A stretch of DNA of 64,000 nucleotides from Octopus vulgaris (taxonomy: Eukaryota). Shown here one piece after another: positions 12,388 through 26,978 of the stretch (within the stretch, counting starts at the first letter, position 1; every line of letters begins with the position of its first letter). A model generated the notes under the pieces. It saw nothing but the letters and a program-made list of their open reading frames with translations, searched no databases and was not told where the DNA came from. The DNA is taken from NCBI GenBank assembly GCA_951406725.2, contig OX597830.1, forward strand, positions 51,770,001-51,834,000, written 5' to 3'. The position numbers and the translations under genes are program-made.

Positions 12388-13076
12388 ATATACAGACATA
12401 TATAAGGGAAAGGAGAAATCTTTCTCATAGCAAAACTTATTGGCTTCCATTGTTTCATTTCAACTTTCGTTCAGATTGCCTCCCTCAGAATTCTATTCAA
12501 ACGCATTACAGTTGAGTTTATATTTAGATATTTTCAATTTTCAGTGTTCACAGTTCTCTTTGTGTTACTACGGCCAACAAAAACAGCCACAATAACAGCA
12601 ACAACAGCCAAAGTAATGGTAATTCTGATGATGATAATGATGATGATAACATTGATGTGTGATGGTTATAACATAATCCAAATTCAATAAACCAACTGTC
12701 TCGAAGCAATCACGCTTCTACAGACTCTTCGTCTGAATGGGCACATATATTTCTGTATGCGTGTACATGTACATCTACTCACAATCAAAAGTATATATAT
12801 ATATATATACACAAACATTTTGAAATGTATACACCCACACACATATATATACATACATATATATATATATATCTCAATTATGAATCTCAATTACTTAAAC
12901 CGTATATATATATATATATATGCATATGCATATATATATGCATATATATATATATGCGTATATATGTGTGTATATATATGCGTATATATATACGCACACA
13001 CTCACGATTTACATAAGGATAGATATAGAGATATACATAGATGCATACATATACGCATGTGTGTGTGCGTGCGTGT

Positions 13077-13120
<44 letters not shown>

Positions 13121-13238
13121 ATGTTTGTGTAGTTGCGTGTGCGGGCATATGTGATTCTACGTTCTCGCGTGTTCTGAGTGTGAACACGTGAGCATGTATG
13201 ACACCGCATGTGTGGGTGTATGTGTGTATGCATATATG

Positions 13239-13300
<62 letters not shown>

Positions 13301-13591
13301 ATCTAGAATAGAATATATATTTAGTAAGTTTCATTGTTTTGCGTTGTTCAGAGTTGGCAGCGAACAAACACTAGAAGAATTGAAGTAGATATAGATTCTT
13401 CACTATTTCTTCTTAGTTCATTTATTCTTAGTCATTGCTGAAATAAAGGAAAAAGCGAGACGAACGAGAGTAAAACAATAAATGACAGGCAAATTTATAT
13501 TCAGTCATAAAAAATATGTGCGTGTACGTATGTATCTCCTTACATTCCCACAAATATATGTTTGTATGTATGCATGTATAAATGCATATGC

Positions 13592-13640
<49 letters not shown>

Positions 13641-16080
13641 TATAATCTTCCGGTGCGAATGGTTTTTTTTTTTTTATACGGCGCCGTTTTTACAATACTG
13701 GAAATAATAATAATTATATTTTTATATAAGATTATAAAACTTATGGCGATCACAGTGCAATGACTAAGAAAAATAATCTAATAAATGGGGCATATAAGCC
13801 CCCGACAGAAAAAAGAAGTCTTTCGTATCCGCTATATGTATGTATATATATAAGAATGCCATATTAATATGGCGATAACAATTAATTTATATATATATAT
13901 ATAAATTTAAAGTGATTGCAAGGCATAACTATGCGGAAACAGCATCGACCTTTTTAGAAATAGGTGCTAAATTATTAATATAACCACCGGAAGGCATCAA
14001 ATAGCAGAAAAACAACAGTAGGGGAAGAAACGGATAAAGATTCAAGATATTAAAAAAGCATACCATTAAAAATACGCTCTTGTATTAAATGGGTGAAGGT
14101 AAAGATATATTTTACCATTAATTTATATTACAAATATGAAAATGGAGAAACACATTAGTTGGTTTATCAGCTTTAGGATATTAGAATGTTGTCTTATTTA
14201 ATTAACAAAACTACAACCATAATAACATACATATATACGGTATAAAATTAAATAAATTTAAGATAAGAATACAAATAGTTATTTTTAAAAATATAAATTG
14301 TTAGAATCTTTAAAATCACTTAATCATGCCGTGTTGTTTGTGTGTCTTTTTAGGACGTTAAATAAATGACTAAACTTAAAATAGTACTTGGTTGGATTAA
14401 TCTTTTGTACGGTGGTTATAGGATGGATAAATAATAAAAATGATAGCAGTATACGCCAATAGGTTGTGGTCAAAGAAGGAGAAAAGATACAATAAGGAGT
14501 TAGAGTAATCGTAATAGTATTTGATAATTGTTTCTAATACTAAATAATAATATGTATCATAATAAAGTGCTAATCGATTAAATGTAATTTTTTACTTACT
14601 ACTAGGTGTTTCATCCTATCCACCTATTGTCCAAAGTGAGATAGGCCAAGGTCCAGCGCACGCTATAATTGGGCAGTTCAAATTTGAAACAAAAGACCAG
14701 CTATTGCGACCGTTGACACGGGGTAAGCTAAATAAATGAATGGAAGAATGATATATGCTATAAGGGACCCGAAATCGCTTAAAGCAGTGTAAACTAAAAG
14801 TACAATATAATACAATAAGTAAGACCAATACTATTATTAAAATTTAGAGAAATACCGATTTGGACATTTGGGAATTTAGTCGGTTGATGAGAAGTGGTCA
14901 AAAAGCTTTTGAAATCATAAAATAAGTGTGAAAATCATTAAAAGAGAATGAAAAGGATTTTTGCTTTGGACAATTAAGGTTGAATAAGAATGGTTTAGGG
15001 GAATTAATAACTAGGGTAAGTGGCCTAAATTAGAAGTTTACAAGGCTACCAATCACTCTGTTGATTAACTAGCCAGTGCACCTGATCAATGAGGTAACTA
15101 TTCAATCAAACAACTAATTAACTAAAGAATCTATAAATCGATCATCCTAGTTATCAATTAAATAAGTTAATGTATATATCTCTAATTAATCAGTTAATGA
15201 AAACAAATTGAAATACTTGCAAATTATTTTCAGGGATACAAGCACTTATTACAATTTGCTCCTGCAAACATACTTAAATAAATTCACAATAAAGTGTGTG
15301 CACGTATGCACACACTCACATAAATATAAATATATATGTGTATGTACATACACAGGTATGCACCCTCACATACATTTATTAAAAATTACTACGATTACAC
15401 TAACTCCTTATTGTATCTTTGCTCCTTCTTTGACCAAACCTATTGGCGTATACTGCTATCATTTTTATTATTTATCCATCCTATGCACCCCGTACAAAGG
15501 AATTACCCAACCAAGTACTATTTTAAGCTTAATCATTTACTTAACGTCCTAAAGAGACACACAAACAGCACGGTATCATTATAAACATATCCAATTTTTC
15601 CTTTTATCCCTTGACCCTTCTTTTTATTATTTCTTTATTTATTACACTAATGAATCTCCATGTTTAAGATCGGTTTCATTACCAAATATGATAAATATCT
15701 TTAGCATATGAATGTCAATACCACACAACATGGGAAGCAGAAACAGCAATTAGATTGGATGCAATCTTTTTTTAATGAATTAATAAATAATAATTGATGT
15801 GATACAATTGTTGTTCATCAGTTATATGTCCATTTTCTGATTTCTTTATATTCTGATTCCCCATAAACTCATGTTTATCCTTGTCTATACCTATAATTTA
15901 TGAGAATAATATGCTTGCATATGTATGCCCATGCTTAAGTATAAGTAATATACCGGTAGTATATTGGATACCCTTTTCCCTTAGATGGCTGTCTTAACCT
16001 CTAACATATATATATATTGACACACACAAACACACACACTCACATATATTTGAATATATACATATATATATATATATATA

Positions 16081-16275
16081 CAATTCATAATTAAGGGCAA
16101 ACGAAAAAACAATATGTCCAATTTTTCAGCATATCTGGCATTAGAATTTTTTTCATTTGCCCTTAATTATGAATTGTTTATAGATTCAACCTTTGAAGGT
16201 ATTTTTTGATATGCTGGCCATTGATAAAATTTTTTGGGGAAAATAATATTTCTTTTCGAAAAAAATTTTATCCTT
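16081..16275. mobile_element. Penelope-like terminal-repeat fragment with inverted end; homologous (inverted) to 63150-63290
   Basis: CAATTCATAATTAAGGGCAAA / TTTGCCCTTAATTATGAATTG inverted pair; 16123-16273 is the reverse complement of 63150-63280, which adjoins an intact hammerhead. Confidence 0.6.
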
Positions 16276-16279
16276 CATT

Positions 16280-16353
<74 letters not shown>

Positions 16354-18049
16354 GATAGATACATATGTGAATAAAATGGTAAAAACGGAAAATGACTGCT
16401 TCGGCATGTTTTGATTCACAAAGCATTCATAGATTTAGGATAGAGAAAACTTTATCTTTGAACCACTTTCTCTTTCTTCTCTACCTATTCGTACACATAC
16501 ACACGCGTATCTATATTTTAACAGATATACAAATGCCTCTCTCTCTCTCACACACTTTCCCACGCTCTTTCTCTCCCTCCCTCTCTTTTTGCATTATATA
16601 TACATACACACACATATTTAGATATATAGATATGTATTTGTATATACATGTGTGTGTTTGTGTGTATGTGTGTGTGTGTGTGTATGTGCGTGTGTATGTG
16701 TGTGTGTGTGTGCGCGTGTGTGTGTGTGTATGTGTGTGTGTGTGTGTGTGTGTTTGTATGTGTGTGTTGTATTGAAACTCGAGCGTTCTCCCGCATCTTT
16801 GACTTTTCTTCTTCCATCACGTTTCTACAGATTTCTAACGTCTTCTCTGAAAATACATTTTTTTTGGTATGTCCTTTGCTTCATATCTTTTTTGACTAAC
16901 ACCCTAAATACCACTGAAATCATATAAAAAATGTAAAAATATGAAATGGAATCAAAATATGTTATAAACCACTTTCGTTATATTTGGGAAATTTTTAGGG
17001 GATAAAAGCAATATTACATTTATCTGTATTTTTTCCTTATTTTATTTTAATGATAAATTCTATTTATATTTTATTCTATTTTTATAAATTATATTTTTTC
17101 CATTTCCCTCTTGAAATAATTATAAGAAAATATAATTTAAAAGGAAATTAATCCAACTTATTTTTCTAAAGAAATTGGAAAGTTAATTGCTAAATTTCTT
17201 TAGTAGTGCATAACACGTAAAATAAAGCGTGGGTTTACATTGATAGCCGTATAATCTCATCTTATAATTAAGTTATTAAATGTATGCTTCGGGATTATGT
17301 TGCATTATTCGAGTTTCCGTTACTATTCGTGTCACGCAGGTTGGCCAAGTCGTTTACTGTAACTAGCTTCACCGCTAACATAAACATTTACATTTCGATG
17401 GAGACTGTGTCCGGGTTCTTTAACTGCTCAAAATAACAGCTAAATATTCTTTTCCAAATGACTACCTAAAGGTTTTAAATAAGGAAGGGCACATTGATTA
17501 ATCTAGATTTAGATACATCCTGCCTAAAAAATATTTGAGATAATCAAATTAATTATTTAATTTTGCTAAGCAATCCAATATTACTGTTTCAATTTTGGCA
17601 TCAGGCAGTTATGATGTGTGGTCAGAAGTTCGATCCCAGTTAGTTTACATCTACCAAATCCATGCACAAAACGTTCGTCGTCCGAAGGCTATATAGAAGA
17701 TACTTCCCCAGGATGCTACCTAGTAGGACACAAACCCGAGCAATGTGGCTGGGGCGTAAGCTTATTTTATTCATTCAAATTGGCCACGAGGGCCTTACAA
17801 AGAAAGGAAGCTGTGGGCTGGACATGGACATAATGAGATGGAATGATTGACGATATGATAATAATGAGGGCAACAGCAACGATTGCTGTTTACCCGAGCA
17901 CAGTGTTCTTTATAAAACATATTGAGGCGAAAACCTTTTACATAATAACACATTAAGGAGGCAATAGACCTCTTACATTTACGATATACAAAGCCATTGT
18001 GAGGCAATAAACCTCTTACATAAGTCCATTTATGAATCAATGAAAATAT

Positions 18050-19950
18050 ATTCCTGCCCGACCAGACTTCTCGCCTCTGCTAAACACCTGGACGGCTCCA
18101 AGACGGGCCAATTTAGCACAAATCTGAAGGTATCGTCAGAAGGAGTCCCTTATCTTGAACAGGTCGTTCTCCCTCATGACCTTCTCAGCCATCTGCGGAG
18201 GACAGTCAGGGTCCTCCGTGCAGGACGGAATCCCCTCCCTTCGGCCCTTCGATTTAAGCTTCTTGACAAAGCCCCCTACTGTCCCTTCCTTATGGAAGAG
18301 GACCACAAATTCCTCCTCTGTATCAGAGAGGGGATGTAAAATTTCCATCTTTGGTGGCACAAATCCACCAAAGATGCTTCGTGACACGCCGGCAGTGAGT
18401 CATAAACCACCCGTAGTGTGTCACAAACCGCCGGCGATGTCCCATTTTTTCTTTTTTTCTTTTTTTACTTTGAGTCAAAGGAGGCTGGAGTTTCTCCGCC
18501 TTGTCCAGCAGATCCTCCTTCCCTTCCGCAGCCCTCGGATCCTTCGGTGGGCAACCATTGTTGCCCACCTTTCGCTTTTTTTCCTTTTTTCGAAGATGTT
18601 TCCACCTCCCTCCAATGAGGGAGCAGGGAGCGGTATTTTTATCAACAGCTCCAGGACCTTATTTTGGTCCTTAGGGCAGATCTTTTTGATATGGCCCGGT
18701 TCCAGGCACTGATGACACTTGGGGGAGGGCGCCCCTCAAGCATCACCGGATACCTAGATCTGGTATTTCCAAATAATCTGGAAATACTAGATTTTCGGCT
18801 GATTGGGTCCATAAGGTCAAAACAACTTTTGACCCCTCCCAATCAGCCGCAGGCAGAATATATTTCTTTACTATCCACAAGGGGCTAAACACAGAGGGGA
18901 CAAACAAGGACAGACAAAGGGATTAAGTCGACTACATCGACCCCAGTGCGTAACTGGTACTTAATTTATCGACCCCGAAAGGATGAAAGGCAAAGTCGGC
19001 ATCGGCGGAATTTGAACTCGGAACGTAACGACAGACGAAATACGGCTACTAATTTCGCCCGGCGTGCTAACGTTTCTACCAGCTCGTTTCTACCAGAATA
19101 TTGACATTGAGGAGCTTGGTACTGCTGCCACCCAGACCCCGGCGGATAGTATCTTCTATCCACTCGGGTTCAATTCCGAGTGGCAAACCGCTGACCCTAG
19201 CCCTCGTCAACTTCTTCCCACAATATGTGGGAAGAAACAAAATTTCCTTGCCCTCCAGGGGCTGGCTTGTGAATTCGCATGCTTCTTCGGGGGAGTCAAA
19301 CAGCAACCACAACGTTGCATATTTGACTCTCACCTCGAGAGATGTATTTAATAGCTGGCATATAATCTGCCAGCTCCTTTTCTTTCACTTTTTCTTCCTT
19401 TCAAATTTTTCTAGCCATTTTTGGGAGGTGTTATTCCCCATTCTGTCAGTTTGTTTTTTGCCATGTGCAAAATTAAAAGTTCTAAAGACAGTCTACAAAA
19501 GATCAAATAATAAAGAAAAAAAGAAAGTATTAATACAAAGGAAGAAAAAATTAAAATAAACAGTTCAATACAGTTTTTCACAAAATAAATGACGGAAGAA
19601 GAGAACGAGAGTTCAAAACACAGCAAAAACAAATAGTTTTCGAACACACAGTACTCCCGGCCTTCAATGTTTTTCTCAATTCCTGTCCAAATGGCGGTGC
19701 CCCAGCATGGCCACAGCTCATAAGCTGAAACTAGAATCAATCAATCAATCTTCGAAATTGTTCCTTTCAAAAAACCTTCCACGAAGTCAAACAGACACTG
19801 TTTTCACAAATAATTGCGAATATCACAATACTCAAATTAAATTTGGAGGTGGGACACCCCTCAAACAGCAGTTCTCGCAATTAAGTGAGAAAAACAAACT
19901 GCTCTACCGCATGAAGATCAAAACCCAGAACCCAGTGAGGAATCCTTGCT
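18050..19950 (-). mobile_element. Tx1/L1-like retrotransposon 5' half (ORF1 with CCHC knuckle), decayed, interrupted by SINEs
   Basis: ATLWLLFDSPEEA..FLPTYCGKKLTRARVSGLPLGIEPEWI..YPVMLEGRPP, then CHQCLEPGHIKKIC (CX2CX4HX4C, 18676-18717). Confidence 0.7.
18862..19093 (-). mobile_element. SINE family A inserted in the LINE ORF1, with 8-bp target-site duplication
   Basis: Full family-A sequence on minus strand; CAGAATAT at 18854-18861 and 19094-19101; removing it rejoins the ORF1 reading (..LNVNILPAADW..). Confidence 0.85.
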
Positions 19951-19966
19951 TCTACAAAACAAAGGA

Positions 19967-20380
19967 GACTGCCACGTTAAGTTGACAGTATACAACTGCT
20001 CTATCGTTCCACTACTGCTTATATCTCTCAGAGATATTTAGAAATTTAATATTTCTATTTTTGGTGATCAGTGAATATACGTAACTGAAAATATATATGT
20101 TTACAAAGCCTAGACATGTATCTTCAGATTGCAGACCATTGCTACTCCAGACTGATGACGAGAAAGACTCAGAAACATGGTTGCAGGCCTAGCTGTTGGG
20201 GATGCTTGTCTCCTCTTTGTAAACATAAGGACACAGGAAATGTGTCAAAGCCGACAAGAAGCGTTGATGCTTCCGAGGGCTAAATAGCGTGGTGTGATTC
20301 TCTTTATGGGACTGTCACGTTAAGTTGACAGTATATACTGTAACTGCTCTATCGTTCCACCACTGCTTATATCTCCCAGA
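19967..20380 (+). mobile_element. Retrozyme-like unit 1: 343-bp period with ~66-bp terminal direct repeat and degenerate hammerhead
   Basis: 19967-20032 repeated at 20310-20380; CTGATGA-CGAG-AAAGA-CTCA-GAAAC-ATG-GTT at 20152-20182; homologous to 46825-47221. Confidence 0.7.
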
Positions 20381-20959
20381 TTCCAGGTCTTCCCACTCTA
20401 TCGTATACGGATAAACAAATAAAATGCCTTAATACAAAGGTACAACCCAAGATTTAGCAAATTTTAACAGATCACATACAACAATAACTGTTCACACGCA
20501 ATATCATTCTGCCACTTAGTATGAAGAATCTACACGGCTAACAAAATAAACATTAGCCTTTGGACTACATACAGACAACTCCTCTTCACTCTCCCACAAG
20601 ACAGATTAATTTTAGAGTGACTTGATTGTAATTAAATATGTACACGCAACTATATCGGCCTTCATTATAGGCGCAAAATATAAAGTCACATGAGACTAAC
20701 GCACGGATGTAGCGGGAAAGGTAGGAAAATGTTCAAAACTTAATACTGTGTTCATTCTCTAGAAAATATTTTACCAGAAAATATTCAAAGCATTCATTGT
20801 TTGGTACTGTCGCTGGATATGTTCAGTCAACCGAGAGACGTGCACACACACAAAGGTTCGGATTCCTATTGCGTTCTGCAAAACTCATATCTTTCTTTAA
20901 TCTTTTTCAGCACTCAGAATTTCTCTTTTCAATAAATTCATCATTTTCCGGGTTTACTT

Positions 20960-21028
<69 letters not shown>

Positions 21029-21237
21029 CGTGTGTGTGTGTGAGTGAGTGTGTGTGTGTGTGTGTGTGTGAGTGAGTGTGTGTGTGTGTGTGTGTGTGTG
21101 CGTGTGCGTGTGTGTACATGTAGGCGCAGGTGCGGCTTTTTGGTAAGTAGATTGTTTACCAGCCACATGGTTCCGGGTTCAGTCCTACTGTGTGGCAACT
21201 TGGGCAAGAGTCTTCTCCTATAGCGTCGGGTTGACCA

Positions 21238-21278
<41 letters not shown>

Positions 21279-21311
21279 CATATATATATATATATATACA
21301 TACACACACAT

Positions 21312-21346
<35 letters not shown>

Positions 21347-21347
21347 A

Positions 21348-21408
<61 letters not shown>

Positions 21409-21409
21409 C

Positions 21410-21469
<60 letters not shown>

Positions 21470-21544
21470 TGACGTGTGTGACTGTGAAATATGTTTTAAT
21501 TTCATTGTGTCAGAGTTAAATTTTGATAAATCTGATAAAGTCTA

Positions 21545-21830
21545 TTTTGGGGATGCATTTGACCACAGTGTATGGGTCGTTGTCATTTGTTCTGTTACCG
21601 GGTGGATCCAGCACATCGAGACTGTAGGGGATGACCTGTTCAATACCAAGTATACCCTCCCTGCATGTGTCGGTTCACAAAAAGTATTAGCACATGTGCC
21701 CAACATGAGATGTAGGCCTTCGGAACCTGATTCAGCCATCTCTGGATTTCATCCCACAGGTGTTCAATTGGGTTCAAATCCGGGCTGAGTGACGGCCATA
21801 GCATGGTTCTGATGTTTCTTTTGCATATTC
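21545..21830 (-). mobile_element. Tc1-family (DD34E) transposase 3' fragment
   Basis: [22 protein letters not shown] contains the [12 protein letters not shown] motif. Confidence 0.85.
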
Positions 21831-21943
21831 TTAGTTTATGCATATGTATGCAAATATAGTATGGGTATATCCCATTTATGTTCAATAGAAATTAAATAAG
21901 TAAAAAAATGTTGACATATACGAATATTTATTTCCCCCGACTG

Positions 21944-22004
<61 letters not shown>

Positions 22005-22130
22005 CTGTAAGTGCCATGTATATGCATCCATATATATATATATGTATACATATATACATTTCTATATATACACTATGTACTAGAGGTACATATTAGAATA
22101 TTAGTCTGACACTTGGTAAAGTGAGAAAGT

Positions 22131-22166
22131 CTTTTACGTTTCAAGCCTCCGCTCTTCAACGGAAAG
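22131..22166 (-). ncRNA. Minimal hammerhead-like motif, variant core
   Basis: CTTT-CCGTTGA-A-GAGC-GGAG-GCTT-GAAACGTA-AAAG. Confidence 0.5.
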
Positions 22167-22222
22167 GAATAAGAGAAATTAAACAGAGAGAGTATTTTAA
22201 AAATCGTAGATTTAGCGATGGT

Positions 22223-22274
<52 letters not shown>

Positions 22275-22682
22275 GTTTGTGTGTCTGTGTTTGCCCTCCC
22301 ACCATGTCTTCACAACCGATGTTGGTGTGTTTACATCCCCGTAACTTAGCTGTTAGGCAAAACAGACCGATAGAATAAGTACTAAGTTTACAAAGAATTA
22401 ACTTTTCGACTAAAGGCGGTGCTCCAGTATGGCCGCAGTCAAATGACTGAAATAAGTAAAAGAGTAAAAGAATATATATATGCATGCATGTATATATGTA
22501 CATGTGCGTGACTATGCTTGTGTTTGTGTGTGTGGTGGGGGGGTGATTTCCGCCAGTGTTAGGCGAGTCAAAGTGATGAGTCAAATAATAATTTAGATTA
22601 CGAGAAAAATCCTGCGAGAGTTATATACCTTTATGTCGGAGGTGTGATATCTGTTCAACAGAAATTCATAATATATGAATTG

Positions 22683-23249
22683 TTGGGTTGTCCGGAAAGT
22701 TCGTGCCGAGTTATAGTAGCTTAACTTTCGACTTATTTTAGAACATGGTTGAGTCCATGAAATAGGATTTGGCTACACCTCCATTTAGAGCACAGTTTAA
22801 GCTATATTTTCGTGGAAGAAGATTTATGTTCCTATAACCTGTGTTAATTCTGTAACCCTTTAAAATTGGGAGATAAGAAAGTTCATTTTCGTCACTTGAT
22901 GCTTTGGGAACCAGACAAAAATTGCTGCAGCTCGGCTGGGATATGTTACCCCACCCTCCATATTCACCAGATTTTGCTCCTTCGGATTTCCACTTATTCA
23001 GATCTCTGCAGAATAGTCTTAATGGTAAAAATTTCAATTCCTTGGATGACGTAAAAAGATACCTTGACGAATTCTTTGTTATGAAGCCATCTCAGTTCTG
23101 GGAAGAGGGTATTTTGAAGTTAAAGAAGAGATGGAGACGCATTGTGCAACAAAATGGTTCATACTTGGTTGATTAAGAATGTAATAGCAAATATCTATTG
23201 ACTTTTTTCTTTCCTTTAAAAATCGGCACGAACTTTCCGGACAACCCAA
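22683..23249 (+). mobile_element. Internally deleted mariner (DD34D) with both TIRs
   Basis: 27-bp TIRs TTGGGTTGTCCGGAAAGTTCGTGCCGA / TCGGCACGAACTTTCCGGACAACCCAA, flanked by TG/TA; N-terminus (GDKKVHFRHLMLW) joined to C-terminus with HPPYSPDFAPSDFHLF. Confidence 0.93.
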
Positions 23250-24051
23250 TAGATAAAAAACCTTTAGTCAATTTGATTAGGTAAAATTCCTGAAGGCGGT
23301 GCGTCAGCGTCGTCACAACATAAAGACGAGTAATAAAGGAGTATACAATGGCCGTGATGTTCAATGAGCAATTTCAGGAAATAAAAATAAATATATCATT
23401 TTATAAACTATAACGAAATTTGATATTGAAATTTGGCATAAAATATCATTTAATCGGGTTTCTGACGTCACAGATAGATTGGGTATAATAGGCTATATAA
23501 TTATTGCCGTTCAACAAGCATGGAGTAACTGGAAGTAGATGAAGAAGAAGAAGAAGAAGAAGAAGAACACTGAAACGTTCAATGGAGAAGCAAACCTAAC
23601 ACGCAAGATTATTGATGTAGGTGGAATATTTTTATTGGTTTAAAGAGAATGGCGCAACATATCAGTGAAAAATTACTAAGAAGAGTTCGGCATCTTCGCG
23701 GTGGCTATGCTGTGTACAGAGCATAAAATAACAAACGATGTTAATTATATAACACGTTTTTAAATTGATATTAAATAGAAGTAAGGTAACTAATGTCATT
23801 TAGGTTTAAGATTGAGCTCTTGCTAGCTTCTGGCGTCGGCATTTGGACAAAAAGTATGAAATTTTGGCGTGAGGAGAGACACCGGGAGGAAAGAGGGAAT
23901 TTCAGTTTCACAGACTAAAGTTTGATGGAAGAAAACGAAATGGTTTAAAAAAGGGGGCGGGGGAGAAAGGGAAATAGAGAACGAGAAAAACCACAATTTC
24001 AGAACGTATAATTGTAAGAGAAATAAGTATGTGTGTCTATGTAGTTGTATA

Positions 24052-24432
24052 TGGAGGCGCAATGGCCCAGTGGTTAGGGCAGCGGACTCGCGGTCGTAGG
24101 ATCGCGGTTTCGATTCCCAGACCGGGCGTTGTGAGTGTTTATTGAGCGAAAACATCAAAAGCTCTACGAGGCTCCGGCAGGGATGGTGGTGATCCCTGCT
24201 GTACTCTTTCACCACAACTTTCTCTCACTGTTTCTTCTTGTTTCTGTTGTACCTGTATTTCAAAGGGCCGGCCTTGTCACTCTCTGTGTCACGCTGAATA
24301 TCCCCGAGAACTACGTTAAGGGTACACGTGTCTGTCGAGTGCTCAGCCACTTACACGTTAATTTCACGAGCAGGCTGTTCCGTTGATTCGGATCAACCGG
24401 AACCCTCATCGTCGTAACCGACGGAGTGCTTC
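24052..24432 (+). mobile_element. tRNA-derived SINE family C, tail type 1
   Basis: A-box TGGCCCAGTGG, B-box GGTTTCGATTCCC; near-identical inverted copy at 28611-28965. Confidence 0.88.
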
Positions 24433-24825
24433 AAGATATGGATGAGTGTATATGTCTTTACACACACATATGCATGTATGTATATAGACACATCACATAC
24501 GTATGTATGCACATATGCATATTTACATATCCATGTCTATGCATACACTCACACACAGGCACACACAAACACACGCATATACATGATTTTGAATCTGCGT
24601 GTACATATCGTAGGATGCCGTTTACACTATTCGTCTACCTGATGTCATCAACAGTATGGAGGTATATGCCACTGGTTAACGTCAGGGATTCCGTAGGGCT
24701 TATAAAGATATGAGAGGAAGAAAATGGAACTCACCAGGCTGCTAATCACCAGAATAATATATGAATGATAAAGAGTCTCGTGAATTCCATATTTCTTTCT
24801 CTCAAGTACGTACATAGATTCATGG

Positions 24826-25380
24826 ATACATATATACATACATACATACATACATACATACATACGTACATACATACACACACACAAACATACATATATA
24901 CATACATATGTACATACATACATACATACATACACACACACACATACATATATACATACATACGTACATACATACACACATACATACATATATACATACA
25001 CACATACGTACATACATGCATACATACATACGTACATACATACATATATACATACATACATACGTACATACATAGATATATACACACATACATACACACA
25101 TGCACACAAACATGCATACACACACATACATACATACATACATACATACGTACATATATACATACATATATACATACATACACACATACACACACACATA
25201 CATACATACATACATACATACACACATACATACATACATACATACATACGTACATATATACATACATATATACATACATACACACACACATACATACATA
25301 CATACATACATACATACATGCATACATACGTACATATATACATACATATATACATACATACACACACACACACACACACG
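24826..25380. repeat. (TACA)n/(CA)n compound microsatellite; similar arrays 5990-6378, 31243-31564, 34010-34345
   Basis: Direct reading. Confidence 0.97.
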
Positions 25381-26150
25381 GCTAAGACTGAAAACTTTCA
25401 GACGATGAATATCTAAGTATAAATATATAGATATTTATAATAAGGCATATGTATGCCTCATTACACAGATTAAAAATAGAAAACAAACGACAGAGATATG
25501 ATGTCGTTTGTGTTCAGTTGTATGGGTTCCATGTAGAGATCGCTAAGGAGAATTGGGATATTCGTTGACATGTGTTCAAGAATTGTTTATCCATTAGTAT
25601 GATTTATAGGTAGCGCTCCGCCCAGCAACGGGTACATAGACAACAGATGAGATGCAGAAATTCTCGGAATAGAAAACACTTAGGGCTCGAATGATTCGCT
25701 CTTAGGCTCCAATGTCTTTATGAGAGGAACAATTCTGCCGGGTAAAAAGGAGCTTTAAGAGAAATCAAGGTGAGCAGATATGGAAGCAATCATGCGGATG
25801 GAGAAGTTGAAAATAGCAGCATCATTTGAGCTCTAGAAAGACATCGGGATTGAAGTTCGAATCTTTTGATCTATATACATACATCTATATACGTGTATGT
25901 ATATATATATTTGTATGAGTGAGCGTGTGTGTGTCACACAATTTCTCTCATTCTCTTTCTCGCTTTCATTTTCAATATGTGTGTGTGTGTGTGTGCGTGT
26001 GTGTGTGTGTGTGTGTATGCATATGTGTGTGTATGTATATAACATTTAATGTGGAAAACAGCTTTGCCATTAAATCGAAAATATGTGGCGCGTTCACATT
26101 AAAACTATTTATGCAAATATAATTTAAATCTAATTAAGTTGTTTATGATG

Positions 26151-26196
<46 letters not shown>

Positions 26197-26292
26197 TGTT
26201 CTTTTGTGTGTGAGCGTGTGTATGTTTTTTGTGTGTGTGTCTGTGTGCGTGTTTATGTGTACGTGAAAGTGTTTGTGTCCGTTTCTGTGTAT

Positions 26293-26342
<50 letters not shown>

Positions 26343-26690
26343 GTGTGTATGTGTGTGTGTATGAGTGTGTGTGCGCACGAGCACGTGTGTGCCTGTGAGT
26401 GTTTGTTGGCTTATAATTACAACTGTTGTAGAGAACCGAAGTTGTTCACGATTTATCTCTTTCCCATTAATTTTCGCTATGAATTTTACTAAATCTTATA
26501 AGTAACAGACTTTCACTCTCTCGATCTTTCTCACTTTCTTTCTCTCTATAAACGTTCATGCATACATACATGTACATGTATGTATAAATATATATGCTTA
26601 TATACATATATAAAGAGAGGTGGAAAGGGAGAGGGAGAAAGTGAGACAGAGAGATATGTCTGAATGTACATATAAATATGTGTGTGCGTG

Positions 26691-26721
<31 letters not shown>

Positions 26722-26902
26722 ATATGTACATACATATATACATATACATACACACATATATACATCTACGCACAAATATCTACACACACAAAGAAACGCA
26801 CACAAAAACATACATTTATAAACACTTATGTGCGCTTTTGCATATATATGAAGTTATTGTATATATGTATGCATATATACATACATACACAGACATACAC
26901 AT

Positions 26903-26978
<76 letters not shown>

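Larger units (their letters stand above)
21122..22472 (+). mobile_element. SINE family B head (21122-21240) and tail (22272-22472) separated by nested insertions
   Basis: Both halves match the full-length copy at 34738-35157 in the same orientation. Confidence 0.6.

Noticed and set aside
13775-13812. Additional hammerheads here and at 5845-5890, 62080-62115, 62565-62610, 31715-31740
   Set aside because: Only a stem II-like hairpin or one core half is present; too degenerate to call
22904-23176. SETMAR-like host gene
   Set aside because: Only a mariner C-terminus inside TIRs with an internal deletion; no SET domain
24052-24130. tRNA gene (also other SINE heads)
   Set aside because: A/B boxes present, but no clean cloverleaf and the sequence continues into a repeated SINE body
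25480-25835. Possible CR1/Jockey LINE fragment
   Set aside because: No diagnostic motif could be read with confidence
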